A program made the position numbers and the translations under genes. Below are positions 38,436 to 47,925 of a stretch of DNA of 64,000 bases, piece after piece. How positions within the stretch are numbered: position 1 is the stretch's first letter; every line of letters begins with the position of its first letter. Under the pieces are notes generated by a model. It was not told the DNA's origin. It did no database searches and saw only the letters and a program-made list of their open reading frames with translations. Source of the stretch: Dehalococcoidia bacterium UBA5760 (GTDB lineage: Bacteria > Chloroflexota > Dehalococcoidia > Dehalococcoidales > UBA5760); contig DIFA01000017.1 in assembly GCA_002418895.1 (NCBI GenBank), forward strand, positions 668-64,667, read 5' to 3'.

Positions 38436-39257
38436 TCATTCTTCTTCCTCTTCCTCTTCCTCCTCCCCGCTTTCCCAGATCGGCTCGGTGAAGTGGTCTA
38501 TGTATTCACCCATAGCCTCGGCCGCAGCTTGCTTCATGCCCTCTCTTGTTTCTATCGCCAGCTGCGTTAGCTCGGTCAGGTCGATTTCAATGTTCAGTAT
38601 TCTAACAAGGACTTTGAGTATCACCAGGGCGGCCATCGGGTTTTGTATTCTGGTAGCATACATCGGGACCTCACCCAGCAGGCATATTCCGTCAATGTCT
38701 CTCTCCTTCGCTACTCCCAGCATCAGACCGTTGAGTCCGGCAATTTGCAGGTTGCCCTTTTGTACCAGGTCATATTTCTTCAGGTCTTCGGTCAACTTCT
38801 GGTTGGTACCTACTCCCCAGACCTTGGGCTGTTCGGTATGATGAATACGCGTCAATGCTGCGGCGAGGGTATAGACTCGCTGGGCCAGAAATCGGATCCC
38901 GACATCAAGGACACAGTTAGCCAGCTCATATCCTTTAGAGGCGGGCTGGTCTTCGCCGATGAATAGTATCAGGTCGCTCATTCCCTCCTTGTTCTTCCAG
39001 TAGTAGAACCTGTTCTGAGGGAACTGCGGTGCTTCAACGACATGGTCCCGGACCACTATTCCGATGGGGTCGAAGAAGTAGGAAGATTCAATCTCCCCAA
39101 GTCTCTTGAAGGGGAGCTTTTTAGCCAAATAGGTCGCTGCGATAGTGGCTACGTTGCCGATACCGGGCCAGGCAGCCAGCATCACCGGCGAGCTCAGTTT
39201 GGGCCGGGCATAAATCTTGACCAGCTTTTTCATTCCATCATGCCTCTCGCTTTTCAT
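38436..39257 (-). CDS. PAC2 (proteasome-assembly-chaperone-2-like / COG1938) family protein with a C-terminal run of nine Glu
   Basis: PVMLAAWPGIGNVATIAATYL is typical of the PAC2 family. The ATG at 39257 overlaps the tldE stop (ATGA); an alternative ATG is at 39233. The C-terminus is WESGEEEEEEEEE. Confidence 0.6.
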   Translation of the reverse strand: MKSERHDGMKKLVKIYARPKLSSPVMLAAWPGIGNVATIAATYLAKKLPFKRLGEIESSYFFDPIGIVVRDHVVEAPQFPQNRFYYWKNKEGMSDLILFIGEDQPASKGYELANCVLDVGIRFLAQRVYTLAAALTRIHHTEQPKVWGVGTNQKLTEDLKKYDLVQKGNLQIAGLNGLMLGVAKERDIDGICLLGEVPMYATRIQNPMAALVILKVLVRILNIEIDLTELTQLAIETREGMKQAAAEAMGEYIDHFTEPIWESGEEEEEEEEE

Positions 39258-40558
39258 TTTTTGACTGCTACCGACACAACGGGGCAATACAAAGAAGGGG
39301 TGTAAATCGAGCCGCCTTCCCACTTGGCATCGCTGCCAACGGCGGTGATCTCCTTGAGCAGATGGTAGACGTTTCCCGACACCATAGTATCCTTGACCCT
39401 ACCTACTATTTTACCATTTTCTATCTTGTAGCCAAGCAGGACGTTACCACTGAAATCACCGCTCAAAATGTTGCCCTGTGCCGCTCCCATAAGGTACTCG
39501 ATGACCAGTCCTTCCTTGATGTCGTTTACCATCTCTTCGAAGGTAGTCTTGCCCGGGGTGATGATAAAGGAGGTGGGAGCCGGAGCGAGCATCCCGCTGC
39601 TGTTTCTGGTGCCGTTGCCTGTGCTCCGTGTGCCGGCGAGGGCGGCTGTTTGCAGGTCGTAGATGAAATTGGCTATTTCCCCTTCTTCGATGAGAGGGGT
39701 GTACCGGCTGGGTATGCCTTCATCATCGGCGGGACGGCTTTCCGGACGATAGTCTACGGTGGGGTCGTCGCGTAACGAAAGCTTGCTGTCGAAGACAGGC
39801 TCTCCGATCCTGTTGCCTATCGGCGAAGCACCCTCCAGGACTATTTTGCCGTTGAAGGCTGCCATCAGCGGCGGGATGATAGCGCTGGCCACTCCGCTGG
39901 GGGTAAAAATTACCGGCATTCTTTTGCCTTCCAATAGGGCTTGATTTCTGGCTAACTCAAGCTGTCGGAGCACGACATCGGTTATGCTCCTGGTCTCGCT
40001 TATGGGGTGACACGAACTGGCACTTTCGCCGACAAAGAGCATATCCGTGTCGCGGATCAGGTGGCCTTCGATGCCGAGAGCAAAAGTGCTCTGTTTGTAG
40101 TTTACCTCGCCGCCGCGGGAGTTTATGATACGGACTGACGTTATCTCCTTGTTTACCTCAGCCTGGCATAGAATTTCCCGGTTGTACCCCCTGACTGCGG
40201 CTATCATTTCTTCGCCGAGTCCGACCATTTTATCCAGTGATACTGATGATACGGCAGGGTCGAGGACCTTAATCTCCGGATATGGCGTCGGCGGGGGGAG
40301 TTCAAACCCGGTCTTTATGCCGAATTCGGCTGTTTCTACCGCGGTGCTGACCAGTTCCGGGACATCGATTGCCCCGGTGCTGATGGCATAGCCTATTCTA
40401 CCGTTTTTGATAATGCGTAAAGCCGTGTAGCTACTCTGCTTGCTCTGGATGTGCTTCAGACGGTTAGCTTCAAACTGTACCGGGGTTTCCTCCGCAGTTA
40501 CCCTGAAGACTTCGGCTGCCTCGGCAGCTTTCTTCGCCTGGGCCAGGACGTTTTCCAT
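39254..40558 (-). CDS. pmbA: TldE/PmbA family metalloprotease subunit
   Basis: 434 aa of PmbA_TldD-fold sequence lacking an HExxxH motif. It directly abuts tldD. Confidence 0.8.
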   Translation of the reverse strand: MENVLAQAKKAAEAAEVFRVTAEETPVQFEANRLKHIQSKQSSYTALRIIKNGRIGYAISTGAIDVPELVSTAVETAEFGIKTGFELPPPTPYPEIKVLDPAVSSVSLDKMVGLGEEMIAAVRGYNREILCQAEVNKEITSVRIINSRGGEVNYKQSTFALGIEGHLIRDTDMLFVGESASSCHPISETRSITDVVLRQLELARNQALLEGKRMPVIFTPSGVASAIIPPLMAAFNGKIVLEGASPIGNRIGEPVFDSKLSLRDDPTVDYRPESRPADDEGIPSRYTPLIEEGEIANFIYDLQTAALAGTRSTGNGTRNSSGMLAPAPTSFIITPGKTTFEEMVNDIKEGLVIEYLMGAAQGNILSGDFSGNVLLGYKIENGKIVGRVKDTMVSGNVYHLLKEITAVGSDAKWEGGSIYTPSLYCPVVSVAVKK

Positions 40559-41935
40559 TTAGCCGCCTCCTACCAGGCAGTGGCGAATTCTGATATGGGG
40601 GCTGCCGTTGGAAACAGGAAGGGGCATCTGCCCGTCTTTGCCGCAGCCGCCGCCCTGGTTCATATCAAGGTCATTGCCGATGCCGTCGATGTTCTTCAGT
40701 GTCTTGAACACGTTTCCGGTAAGTGTCACCGGTCTTAACTGCTCGGCGATTTTTCCATTACGTATTCTGTAGGCTTCGCCGGAGGAAAAGGTGAACATCT
40801 CCATGCTGGTTGTGCCTCCATACCAGTTTTTGACGTATAACCCTTCCTTGATGTCGCCGATTAAGTCGCCGAATGTTGCTGTACCCGGTTCGATGAAGGT
40901 ATTGGTCATACGGACTATCGGCGGGTAGCGGTAGCTGACCGCTCTGGCGTTGCCGGTAGGCTTCTCCTTCATCTTGGCGGCGGTCTCCCGGGAATGAAGA
41001 CGGCCGACCAGTTTGCCCTCACTGATGAGGTAGGTCTTCGTTGCCGGCACTCCTTCATCGTCATACCTGTAGCTGCCGCGCAGCCCGGGTATCGTGGCCG
41101 TGTCAACGATGTTAAGCTCGGGACTGCCAAACTCTCTGCCCAGGGTCATAATCTCGCCGAGGCGTTTGTTTTCGTAGACAAAGTCGGCCTCTGACAAATG
41201 GCCGAATGCCTCATGGACAAAGACTCCGGCCAGGACCGGGTCTAAGACTACAGAATATTCTTTCCCCTTTACCTGTGGGGCGGATAACAGTCCCACCGCG
41301 TTTCGGGACATCTCTTCTACCTGTTGGTGCAGCCCGGTAACCTTTCCAAAATCTCCCCGGCTGCCCAGGCTAAGCCCCACCTGCTGGATATCACTACCTT
41401 CCGTAGCTACTGCTACCAGGCGTAGAGTAACATCCGCCCTTTCCTGCTCGATATAGCTGCCTGATGAGCTTAAGAAGACGCTCTTTTTGCAGCTATCTCC
41501 GTAGGAGATATTCGAGGTCTGGATTTTGGGGACCGCCCAGATAATGTCATTATATTCATCCAGCAGCAGTTTCTTTTTCTCCAGAGAGATGGCCGCCGGG
41601 TTACTATCCGCTTCGGTAAGTACTTTATCTACCACAGGTTCGACCGGGGCCAGCTCGCTTTTTTCGCCACCGGCAAGTTCAGCCTGCTTGACAGCCAGCG
41701 CCACCCTTTCTGACAGGTCGTCAAGACTGTTGAAGCTGACAAAGCCCCAGCCGCCTTTTATCAGGGCCCGTACGTTTCCCCCTGCCGAGCTTGTCTTACC
41801 GATGGATTCCAGTTCTTTACCCCGGTATTTAATATAGGTGCTCCGGCTTTTCTCAAGTCGGGCCTCGATATAGTCGGCGTGGTGGGTTTTGATTATCTCA
41901 GCTAGCCGGTGAGCGGCCTGTTCAATGTCTGGCAT
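40559..41935 (-). CDS. tldD: TldD family zinc metalloprotease
   Basis: 458 aa. HEAFGH in GVFVHEAFGHLSEAD, and C-terminal GGGCGKDGQ. Confidence 0.85.
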   Translation of the reverse strand: MPDIEQAAHRLAEIIKTHHADYIEARLEKSRSTYIKYRGKELESIGKTSSAGGNVRALIKGGWGFVSFNSLDDLSERVALAVKQAELAGGEKSELAPVEPVVDKVLTEADSNPAAISLEKKKLLLDEYNDIIWAVPKIQTSNISYGDSCKKSVFLSSSGSYIEQERADVTLRLVAVATEGSDIQQVGLSLGSRGDFGKVTGLHQQVEEMSRNAVGLLSAPQVKGKEYSVVLDPVLAGVFVHEAFGHLSEADFVYENKRLGEIMTLGREFGSPELNIVDTATIPGLRGSYRYDDEGVPATKTYLISEGKLVGRLHSRETAAKMKEKPTGNARAVSYRYPPIVRMTNTFIEPGTATFGDLIGDIKEGLYVKNWYGGTTSMEMFTFSSGEAYRIRNGKIAEQLRPVTLTGNVFKTLKNIDGIGNDLDMNQGGGCGKDGQMPLPVSNGSPHIRIRHCLVGGG

Positions 41936-42082
41936 GAGTATTTTCTCCGCAGTGTTAAAATCGTGGACTAAGGTTAGTTTACTGATACGCCGAACTGGTT
42001 GTCAATTCAGGATAGGCGGGAAATTCGTGCGGTGTGGTAATATTAAGGTTGTTTGTGGTCAGTTCACCGGGGGTAAGAATAG

Positions 42083-42886
42083 ATGGCAGATGATTTATCG
42101 CCGGCTTCCGTTACCGGTAGTCTGGATACCCGTTTCATCGGGCAACAGGTAGTCTATTATCCCAGCCTGGCTTCAACAAACGAAGCGGCGAAGCGGGAGG
42201 CGCAAAAGTATGCTCCTGAAGGAACGATTGTCATCGCCCGGCAGCAAATAGCGGGCAAGGGGCGGCTGAAGCGCGTCTGGTTATCGCCCGAGGGTAGTAT
42301 CGCTCTGTCTATTATTCTCTATCCGGACCTGGCCCACTTGTCTTCTCTTGTTATGATCGCCTCTCTGGCGGTGGTGCGCAGTATCAGGGTGGTTACCGGG
42401 CTCGAGGCGCAGATTAAGTGGCCTAATGATGTGCTGGTGGCTGGCAAAAAAGTCTCCGGTATTCTGATCGAAAGCAGGGTGAGAGGTAGTACGGTGGACT
42501 ATGCCGTTATTGGCATCGGAGTGAACGCTAACCTGAGGCTCTCCGACTTCCCTGAGATAGCAGCTATCGCTACCAGTCTCTCCGAAGAGATGGCACAGGA
42601 CGTTTCACTGCTGGCTCTAACCAGAAGGGTTTTGATTGAGTTGGAGAGTTTATATCTGGTTCTGCTGGCGGGGGGATCCGTCTACGAAGACTGGCGGGAC
42701 AGCCTGGTGACACTGGGGAAAGAGGTATATCTGGAGCCGGGAGGGGCTGTGTGCGATGGTATCGCCGAATCGGTGGACAGGGATGGCAGCCTGTTGCTCC
42801 GTCACCCCGATGGTAGCCTGATTAAGATTGTCGCCGGTGATGTTACCTTACGTCACCGGGGATGCAATCCTCCCTCTCCCTGCTGA
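42083..42886 (+). CDS. birA: biotin--[acetyl-CoA-carboxylase] ligase (no N-terminal HTH, class I)
   Basis: 267 aa. GKGRLKRVWLSPEG (GRGRxGRxW-type), KWPNDV. Confidence 0.88.
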   Translation: MADDLSPASVTGSLDTRFIGQQVVYYPSLASTNEAAKREAQKYAPEGTIVIARQQIAGKGRLKRVWLSPEGSIALSIILYPDLAHLSSLVMIASLAVVRSIRVVTGLEAQIKWPNDVLVAGKKVSGILIESRVRGSTVDYAVIGIGVNANLRLSDFPEIAAIATSLSEEMAQDVSLLALTRRVLIELESLYLVLLAGGSVYEDWRDSLVTLGKEVYLEPGGAVCDGIAESVDRDGSLLLRHPDGSLIKIVAGDVTLRHRGCNPPSPC

Positions 42887-42905
42887 GAGAGGGAGGACTT
42901 TTACT
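42869..42905. terminator. rho-independent terminator hairpin between convergent birA and the SPFH gene
   Basis: A perfect 10-bp stem, CCTCCCTCTC (42869-42878) with GAGAGGGAGG (42887-42896), and an 8-nt loop containing the birA TGA. A T-rich tract follows. Confidence 0.6.
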
Positions 42906-42936
42906 CTTCTCGATTTGGTGACTTCACCATGTCCGG

Positions 42937-43725
42937 CTACTTGGTTTCTTCGTCTCCCGAGCCCAGGGTTTTCGCCAGGCCCTGAAATGCCTTGAAGAAT
43001 TCCAGCGGGATGGGGAAGATGATAGTGCTGTTCTTCTCGGCGGCTATCCCGGTCAGTGTTTCCAGATAGCGGAGTTGCAGGGTAGTGGGTTCTCTGCCGA
43101 TGATAGCACCGGCCTGTGCCAGCTTTTCCGAGGCCTGGAGCTCACCCTCGGCGTGGATGATTTTCGCTCTTCTGTCTCTCTCTGCCTCAGCTTGAGCTGC
43201 CATCGAGCGTTTCATAGTTTCCGCAAGTTCGACCTCTTTAATCTCTACCGTGGTAACCTTAATCCCCCACGGGTCGGTCTGTTCATCGATCGTTTTCTGT
43301 AGTATCTGGTTCAGTTTTTCCCGTTGCGATAGCAGGTCGTCAAGTTCCGATTGCCCGAGTACGCTCCGCAGTGTTGTCTGGGATATCTGTGAGGTAGCCC
43401 TGATGAAGTCAAGCACCTTGATTACCGAGGATTCGGGATCAATCACCCTGAAGTAGACTACGGCGTTCACCCTGACCGTAACATTGTCCCTGGTGATTAC
43501 CTCCTGGTAGGGGACGTCCATCGTTATCACCCGCAGGTCTACCTTAACCATCCGGTCCACGAAGGGAATGATGACAAAAATACCCGGACCTTTAGTGCCG
43601 GTCAGCCTTCCCAGGCGGAAGATAACGCCTCTCTCATATTCCCGAAGAATCTTTATTGCCGCCGGGAGGAATATGGCGCAGAGTATAGCGGCCACAACGA
43701 TTATAGCGATTACAGTACCACTCAT
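42937..43725 (-). CDS. SPFH/band-7 (stomatin-like) membrane protein
   Basis: 262 aa. N-terminal TM, then [13 protein letters not shown], and a C-terminal coiled-coil Ala/Glu-rich segment [13 protein letters not shown]. Confidence 0.88.
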   Translation of the reverse strand: MSGTVIAIIVVAAILCAIFLPAAIKILREYERGVIFRLGRLTGTKGPGIFVIIPFVDRMVKVDLRVITMDVPYQEVITRDNVTVRVNAVVYFRVIDPESSVIKVLDFIRATSQISQTTLRSVLGQSELDDLLSQREKLNQILQKTIDEQTDPWGIKVTTVEIKEVELAETMKRSMAAQAEAERDRRAKIIHAEGELQASEKLAQAGAIIGREPTTLQLRYLETLTGIAAEKNSTIIFPIPLEFFKAFQGLAKTLGSGDEETK

Positions 43726-43751
43726 TAATTAAACCTCCTTAATTTTCAATT

Positions 43752-45101
43752 TTATTGTTTTCTGCTTACGTGGAGAATCAGGCCGTCAGACTTGGTTATA
43801 ATCACCTCCTCTCCAGGCTTCGCCTGGCCTTGGTCTAGTATTGCTGTCCAGAGTTCGCCCTTGTAGAGAATGGTGCCTTTCGGTTTGAGTATTACCTTGA
43901 CCGTGGCGGTCTTGCCTATCAGTTCTTCCCTTCCTGTTTCTGCCTGCCGCCGGTGGCTCCGGACCACCCGGTAGACGATGAAGGCAGTGATGCTGCCGAT
44001 TACCGCTGCTATGGTTGGTACTAACCATGGGTCTGGTTGAAACAATGTGGGCCTCCCGCTGAATAAAATTAGGAGGCCAATAACCAGTGAGGCTATGCCT
44101 CCCGCTGTAAATATTCCGAAGCTGGCGGTGAATATCTCGGCGACAAACAAACCGCCGGCCAGGGCGAGCAGTGCAATACCGGCGTAGTTTATCGGTAAGA
44201 AGCCCAGGGAGTAGGCGGCTAGAAAGGCGCAGATGCCGCCAAAAACACCGGGGAAGATGAGCCCGGGGCTGTATATTTCTACCGTTATGCCGAGTATGGC
44301 CAGGCTGAGCAGAATGACGGCGATATTGGGGTCGCTGATGGCGAGCATAAAGCTTTCGATATTACTCATCGGGTTGTGATTGGTCCTGGTCCCTTCCGTA
44401 TGGAGGATAATCGTACTGCCATCGAGCATGGTTACCTCTCTACCGTCAAGCTGGGAAAACAGGTCTCCCAGGTTAGCAGCAACGATGTCGATAACATTAA
44501 GCTCGAGGGCTTCCTTCTCGGTAGCGGAAACGCTCTCCCTGACCGCTTTTTCCGCCCACTCCATGTTGCGTCCGTGCCCTCCGGCAATGCTTCTGATATA
44601 AGCGGCGGCGTCATTGATGACCTTTTCCGCCATCTCCTCTGACATGGCGGCTTCCCCATCAGTGCCGATGGCTACCGGATGTGCGGCTCCGATGGCCGTG
44701 TTCGGTGCCATGGCGGCGATATGGCCGGACATAGTAATAAATACTCCCGCTGAGGCTGCCCTTGCTCCCGAAGGTGAGACAAATACCACTATCGGAATCT
44801 CGGCGCTGACGATATCCTGGACAATATCACGCATAGCAGTGTCCAGTCCACCAGGCGTGTCCAGCTCGATAATGCAGGCAACGGCGCCTTCTTGCTCGGC
44901 CTGGTTGATGCCGCGGTCAATGTAGTTGGCGGTGACCGGTGTGATGGTTCCATCGACGTGGAGCACATCAATTCTGTTATCGGCTGCTTGAACTCCGCCG
45001 GTAGTGGCGATGGCGATAGCGGCGATAGTCGATACTCCTATTAGTAGTGCAAGACGGATAGTTTTTGGCACAATCACACCCATTAGGGTAACATACCCCA
45101 T
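43752..45101 (-). CDS. NfeD-family membrane-bound ClpP-class serine protease
   Basis: 449 aa. A signal/TM segment, a ClpP-like domain (DTPGG, SGARAASAG), a multi-TM block, and a C-terminal OB-like NfeD domain. It is directly upstream of the SPFH gene, which is the classical pairing. Confidence 0.8.
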   Translation of the reverse strand: MGYVTLMGVIVPKTIRLALLIGVSTIAAIAIATTGGVQAADNRIDVLHVDGTITPVTANYIDRGINQAEQEGAVACIIELDTPGGLDTAMRDIVQDIVSAEIPIVVFVSPSGARAASAGVFITMSGHIAAMAPNTAIGAAHPVAIGTDGEAAMSEEMAEKVINDAAAYIRSIAGGHGRNMEWAEKAVRESVSATEKEALELNVIDIVAANLGDLFSQLDGREVTMLDGSTIILHTEGTRTNHNPMSNIESFMLAISDPNIAVILLSLAILGITVEIYSPGLIFPGVFGGICAFLAAYSLGFLPINYAGIALLALAGGLFVAEIFTASFGIFTAGGIASLVIGLLILFSGRPTLFQPDPWLVPTIAAVIGSITAFIVYRVVRSHRRQAETGREELIGKTATVKVILKPKGTILYKGELWTAILDQGQAKPGEEVIITKSDGLILHVSRKQ

Positions 45102-45109
45102 ATTAGTGA

Positions 45110-45139
45110 ATTATATCTTGATTGTGTATCCAATGTAAA
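45110..45139 (-). promoter_or_regulatory. candidate promoter for nfeD (TTTACA-N18-TATAAT) placed for a leaderless transcript
   Basis: On the minus strand, -35 is at 45139-45134 and -10 at 45115-45110. Only 8 nt separate the -10 from the ATG at 45101. Confidence 0.35.
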
Positions 45140-45202
45140 CAGACCGCCGCTTCTTTATTTATGATTAATCTGATAAACATTATTTAACTATTGTTCTCCT
45201 AT

Positions 45203-45232
45203 TTGAACGGCCGGGTAAGTTTGGTATAGAAT
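45203..45232 (+). promoter_or_regulatory. candidate promoter for the his operon
   Basis: TTGAAC (45203-45208), 16-nt spacer, TGgTATAGA / TAGAAT (45222-45232). This is about 30 nt upstream of the hisZ GTG. Confidence 0.4.
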
Positions 45233-45262
45233 CTACATACTAAACTTGATGGAAGGTATACC

Positions 45263-46525
45263 GTGAGAGTCCAGAGGTGTAAAGGCAGCCGGGACCTGAC
45301 CCCGGAGCAGATGTTACGCTTTCGCTTCGTCGAGAAAGCTTTCCGGCGGTGCTGTCTTAAGTGGGGCTACGAAGAGGTAAAGACTCCGGTCCTCGAATAC
45401 CTGAACCTGTTTACCTCGACGGGGACGCTGACGCCCGGCATGTTGAGTAAGGTATATTCTTTCCTCGACTGGGATGGCTGGAGTGGGCAGAGGCTGGTAC
45501 TGCGGCCTGATGGCACTATCCCGTTGGCCCGGCTCTATATTGACAATATTGCCGATAATAAGAAGCTGGCCAGACTCTTCTATACCAGTAATATCTTCAG
45601 GTTTGAGGAGACCGGCCAGGAGACGAGGGAAAGGTGGCAGGGGGGAGTTGAGCTGATAGGAGTAAGCTCTTCTCTTGCTGATGTCGAGTTGATCCTACTG
45701 GCCTTAGAGGTACTGGCTAAGATGGGGATTAAGGGTGTGGAGTTGAAGCTGTCCCACGCCGGTCTGGTGAGGAGCTTGCTTTCGGAACTGGGGCTGAGCG
45801 ATAGGGAGCAGGCCAGGATATTTGACCAGGTTCTGGATGGAGATAGTGAGGCCTTTGCCCGCATAAGGGCAGAGAGACCTGATCTGGGTAGAGCGATGGT
45901 TTCACTGCTTGATCTTGAAGGAAGGTCTCCCGGTTTCCTGAAGAACTTAAGGTCTCTATTTGGTCGGAGTGTACCCGAGCTTGTCCCTATTGTTGATGAT
46001 TTTATCAGTATTGTGGAACTGCTTGATGCCGTCGGCTGCGACTACCAGATTGACATAACCTCTGGCAAGGGCTTTGAGTACTATACCGGTGTGATTTTCC
46101 AGCTCTTTTATGACGGAGATAAGATAGGCGGGGGAGGAAGGTATGATGCCCTGATTCCTCTGATGGGCGGTGGGGATATTCCGGCTTCCGGCTTTGCCCT
46201 CTACTTTGACTGCCTGATGAATCTGGTTGAGCCATCCGTTCTGGCGGGACCATTAGAGCAGAGGATCCTGGTCAAGGTTGAGCGGGAGGCGGTCAAAAAG
46301 GGTTTGGATATTACCGCTTCCCTCCGTGATGCGGGCTATATCGTCGAGCTTTGGCTTGAGAGTCAGCAGCCATCCAATCTCAGGTGGATGCTGGATGTCC
46401 GGAATGAAGTCCCTGCATTTGTTCTGCATGACAGTCTTAAAATCAAAGATATTGAGCTTGAGACTGCCGGTGAGGTTCTGACTCTACTGGGTGAGAGTAA
46501 TGGCGATAAAGATAGCCCTGCCTAA
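45263..46525 (+). CDS. hisZ: ATP phosphoribosyltransferase regulatory subunit (HisRS paralog)
   Basis: 420 aa, GTG start. Class II aaRS-like core (KGSRDLTPE, FRFEETGQETRERWQGGVELIG, GGGGRYD). It overlaps hisG. It keeps a C-terminal anticodon-binding-like domain, so a true HisS cannot be excluded. Confidence 0.6.
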   Translation: MRVQRCKGSRDLTPEQMLRFRFVEKAFRRCCLKWGYEEVKTPVLEYLNLFTSTGTLTPGMLSKVYSFLDWDGWSGQRLVLRPDGTIPLARLYIDNIADNKKLARLFYTSNIFRFEETGQETRERWQGGVELIGVSSSLADVELILLALEVLAKMGIKGVELKLSHAGLVRSLLSELGLSDREQARIFDQVLDGDSEAFARIRAERPDLGRAMVSLLDLEGRSPGFLKNLRSLFGRSVPELVPIVDDFISIVELLDAVGCDYQIDITSGKGFEYYTGVIFQLFYDGDKIGGGGRYDALIPLMGGGDIPASGFALYFDCLMNLVEPSVLAGPLEQRILVKVEREAVKKGLDITASLRDAGYIVELWLESQQPSNLRWMLDVRNEVPAFVLHDSLKIKDIELETAGEVLTLLGESNGDKDSPA

Positions 46526-47924
46526 GGGGCGGCTTCTGGAAGAGACAGCGGGCCTGCTCCAGCGTGCTGGATGGGGCTTAAGCGGATACCACAAAAATAC
46601 TCGTCTCTATCGTCTTGGTTCGAATAGATTCCCTGACCTCTCTGCCAAGGTGTTTCATGAGAAGGATGTTCCTATCCAGGTGGCGATAGGGAACTATGAT
46701 TTAGGGATCTGCGGGCTGGATTGGATTGAAGAGCTGCTGGTCAAATATCCCAGCAGCGCTCTGGTCAAGGTAAAAGACTTAGGCTACGGAGGCGGCGTTT
46801 TATATCTGGTTGGCAGCATCTCCGGCGGGGGGTCTTTCCTAGACGAAATAGGCGCAGGGGCGGGTACGGTACGTATTGCCAGCGAGTATCCTAACCTTGC
46901 CGAGTCTCTGGCTCTTAATCTCCGTTTCAAGCGGTTCTGCATTTTTCCTTTGTGGGGTGGGGCTGAGGTCTATCCTCCGGAGAGCGCCGATCTGGCCCTT
47001 ATTCCGGGAAGAGAGGGGGAGAGCCATTTTGATTACGGTCTGCTGCCGTTAAGTGAGACCCTGCGTTACAGTGCTTTTCTGATTGCCAATAAGGATAGCT
47101 GGGAGACTAAGGATATGGGCGAGGTGCTGGCCTCCCTTGAAGATAATCTGGCTCTTGCTTCCAGCAAGAAAGACTCCTCTCCGGTGCCGGAAAATAGGGT
47201 GCCGGCTGCGGTCGGTCAATCTTTATCTGCGGCGGCTCGAGATACAGTCCGTTTAGCCTTGCCTGACGGGCACCAGCAACAGCCTACTCTTGAACTTCTG
47301 GTTAAGGCCGGCATTCAAATTGATGATTATCCCTCCTTGACCGGTAATCGAAGACCGGTCATCGGTCTGGATGGGGTGATGGCTAAGTTAATCAGGCCGC
47401 AGGATATGCCGCTTCAGGTAGCCAACGGGAACTTTGATCTTGCCATTACCGGTAGGGACTGGGTCAGGGAGCATCTTTACCAGTTTCCCTCCAGCCCGAT
47501 AGCGGAGCTTCTTGACCTTAAGTTCGGCTGGGTTAGAATAGTGGCGGTGGTAGTCAAAGACCTTCCGGTATCCGATATGGACGGTTTGCGGCAGCTCGGT
47601 ATCGAGCGATCGGTGTCTTTCAGGGTGGCTTCAGAGTATGTCAATATCGCCGACAAATATGCCCGTGATAATCATCTGGGGTCATACCGGATAGTTCCTA
47701 CCTGGGGGGCTACCGAGGCTTTCTTGCCGGAGGATGCTGATTTGTTGATTGAGAATACACAGACCGGACAGACGCTGGCTAAGAATAACCTCAAGATTAT
47801 TGATACCCTCTTCCAGTCGACGGCCTGTTTGATCGGTCATACCGGCGGTGTCTTAAGCGCTGCCAAGAGAAAAAGGATGGAATCGATTATTGAGTCTCTG
47901 AGAGCTGCTTTGGGGGGTATCTGA
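46500..47924 (+). CDS. hisG: ATP phosphoribosyltransferase, tandem-duplicated (two HisG-short-like halves in one chain)
   Basis: About 474 aa from the ATG at 46500. Half 1 is MAIKIALPKGRL...IQVAIGNYDLGICGLDW...VRIASEYPNLA. Half 2 is VRLALPDGH...LQVANGNFDLAITGRDW...FRVASEYVNIA. Only half 2 keeps the PRPP loop, LIENTQTGQTLAKNNL. Confidence 0.8.
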   Translation: MAIKIALPKGRLLEETAGLLQRAGWGLSGYHKNTRLYRLGSNRFPDLSAKVFHEKDVPIQVAIGNYDLGICGLDWIEELLVKYPSSALVKVKDLGYGGGVLYLVGSISGGGSFLDEIGAGAGTVRIASEYPNLAESLALNLRFKRFCIFPLWGGAEVYPPESADLALIPGREGESHFDYGLLPLSETLRYSAFLIANKDSWETKDMGEVLASLEDNLALASSKKDSSPVPENRVPAAVGQSLSAAARDTVRLALPDGHQQQPTLELLVKAGIQIDDYPSLTGNRRPVIGLDGVMAKLIRPQDMPLQVANGNFDLAITGRDWVREHLYQFPSSPIAELLDLKFGWVRIVAVVVKDLPVSDMDGLRQLGIERSVSFRVASEYVNIADKYARDNHLGSYRIVPTWGATEAFLPEDADLLIENTQTGQTLAKNNLKIIDTLFQSTACLIGHTGGVLSAAKRKRMESIIESLRAALGGI

Positions 47925-47925
47925 A

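Noticed and set aside
38439-38465. A GAA/GAG-type simple repeat on the DNA (ttcttcttcctcttcctcttcctcctc).
   Set aside because: It is fully explained as the in-frame coding sequence for the nine-Glu C-terminus of the PAC2-family protein. It is not an independent repeat element.
37072-38841. Long + strand ORFs (37072-37746, 38197-38841) that are rich in Ser, Ala and Pro.
   Set aside because: They lie antisense to the GNAT, HEAT-repeat and PAC2 genes, which have recognisable motifs. Their composition is typical of antisense frames.
45263-46525. Considered calling this gene histidyl-tRNA synthetase (hisS).
   Set aside because: It overlaps hisG at the head of the his operon. Its motif-2 region (FRFEETGQETRERWQGG) is diverged from the HisRS FRYERPQ.GR.R.F.Q pattern. 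hisZ is preferred, but the retained anticodon-binding-like C-domain keeps some doubt.
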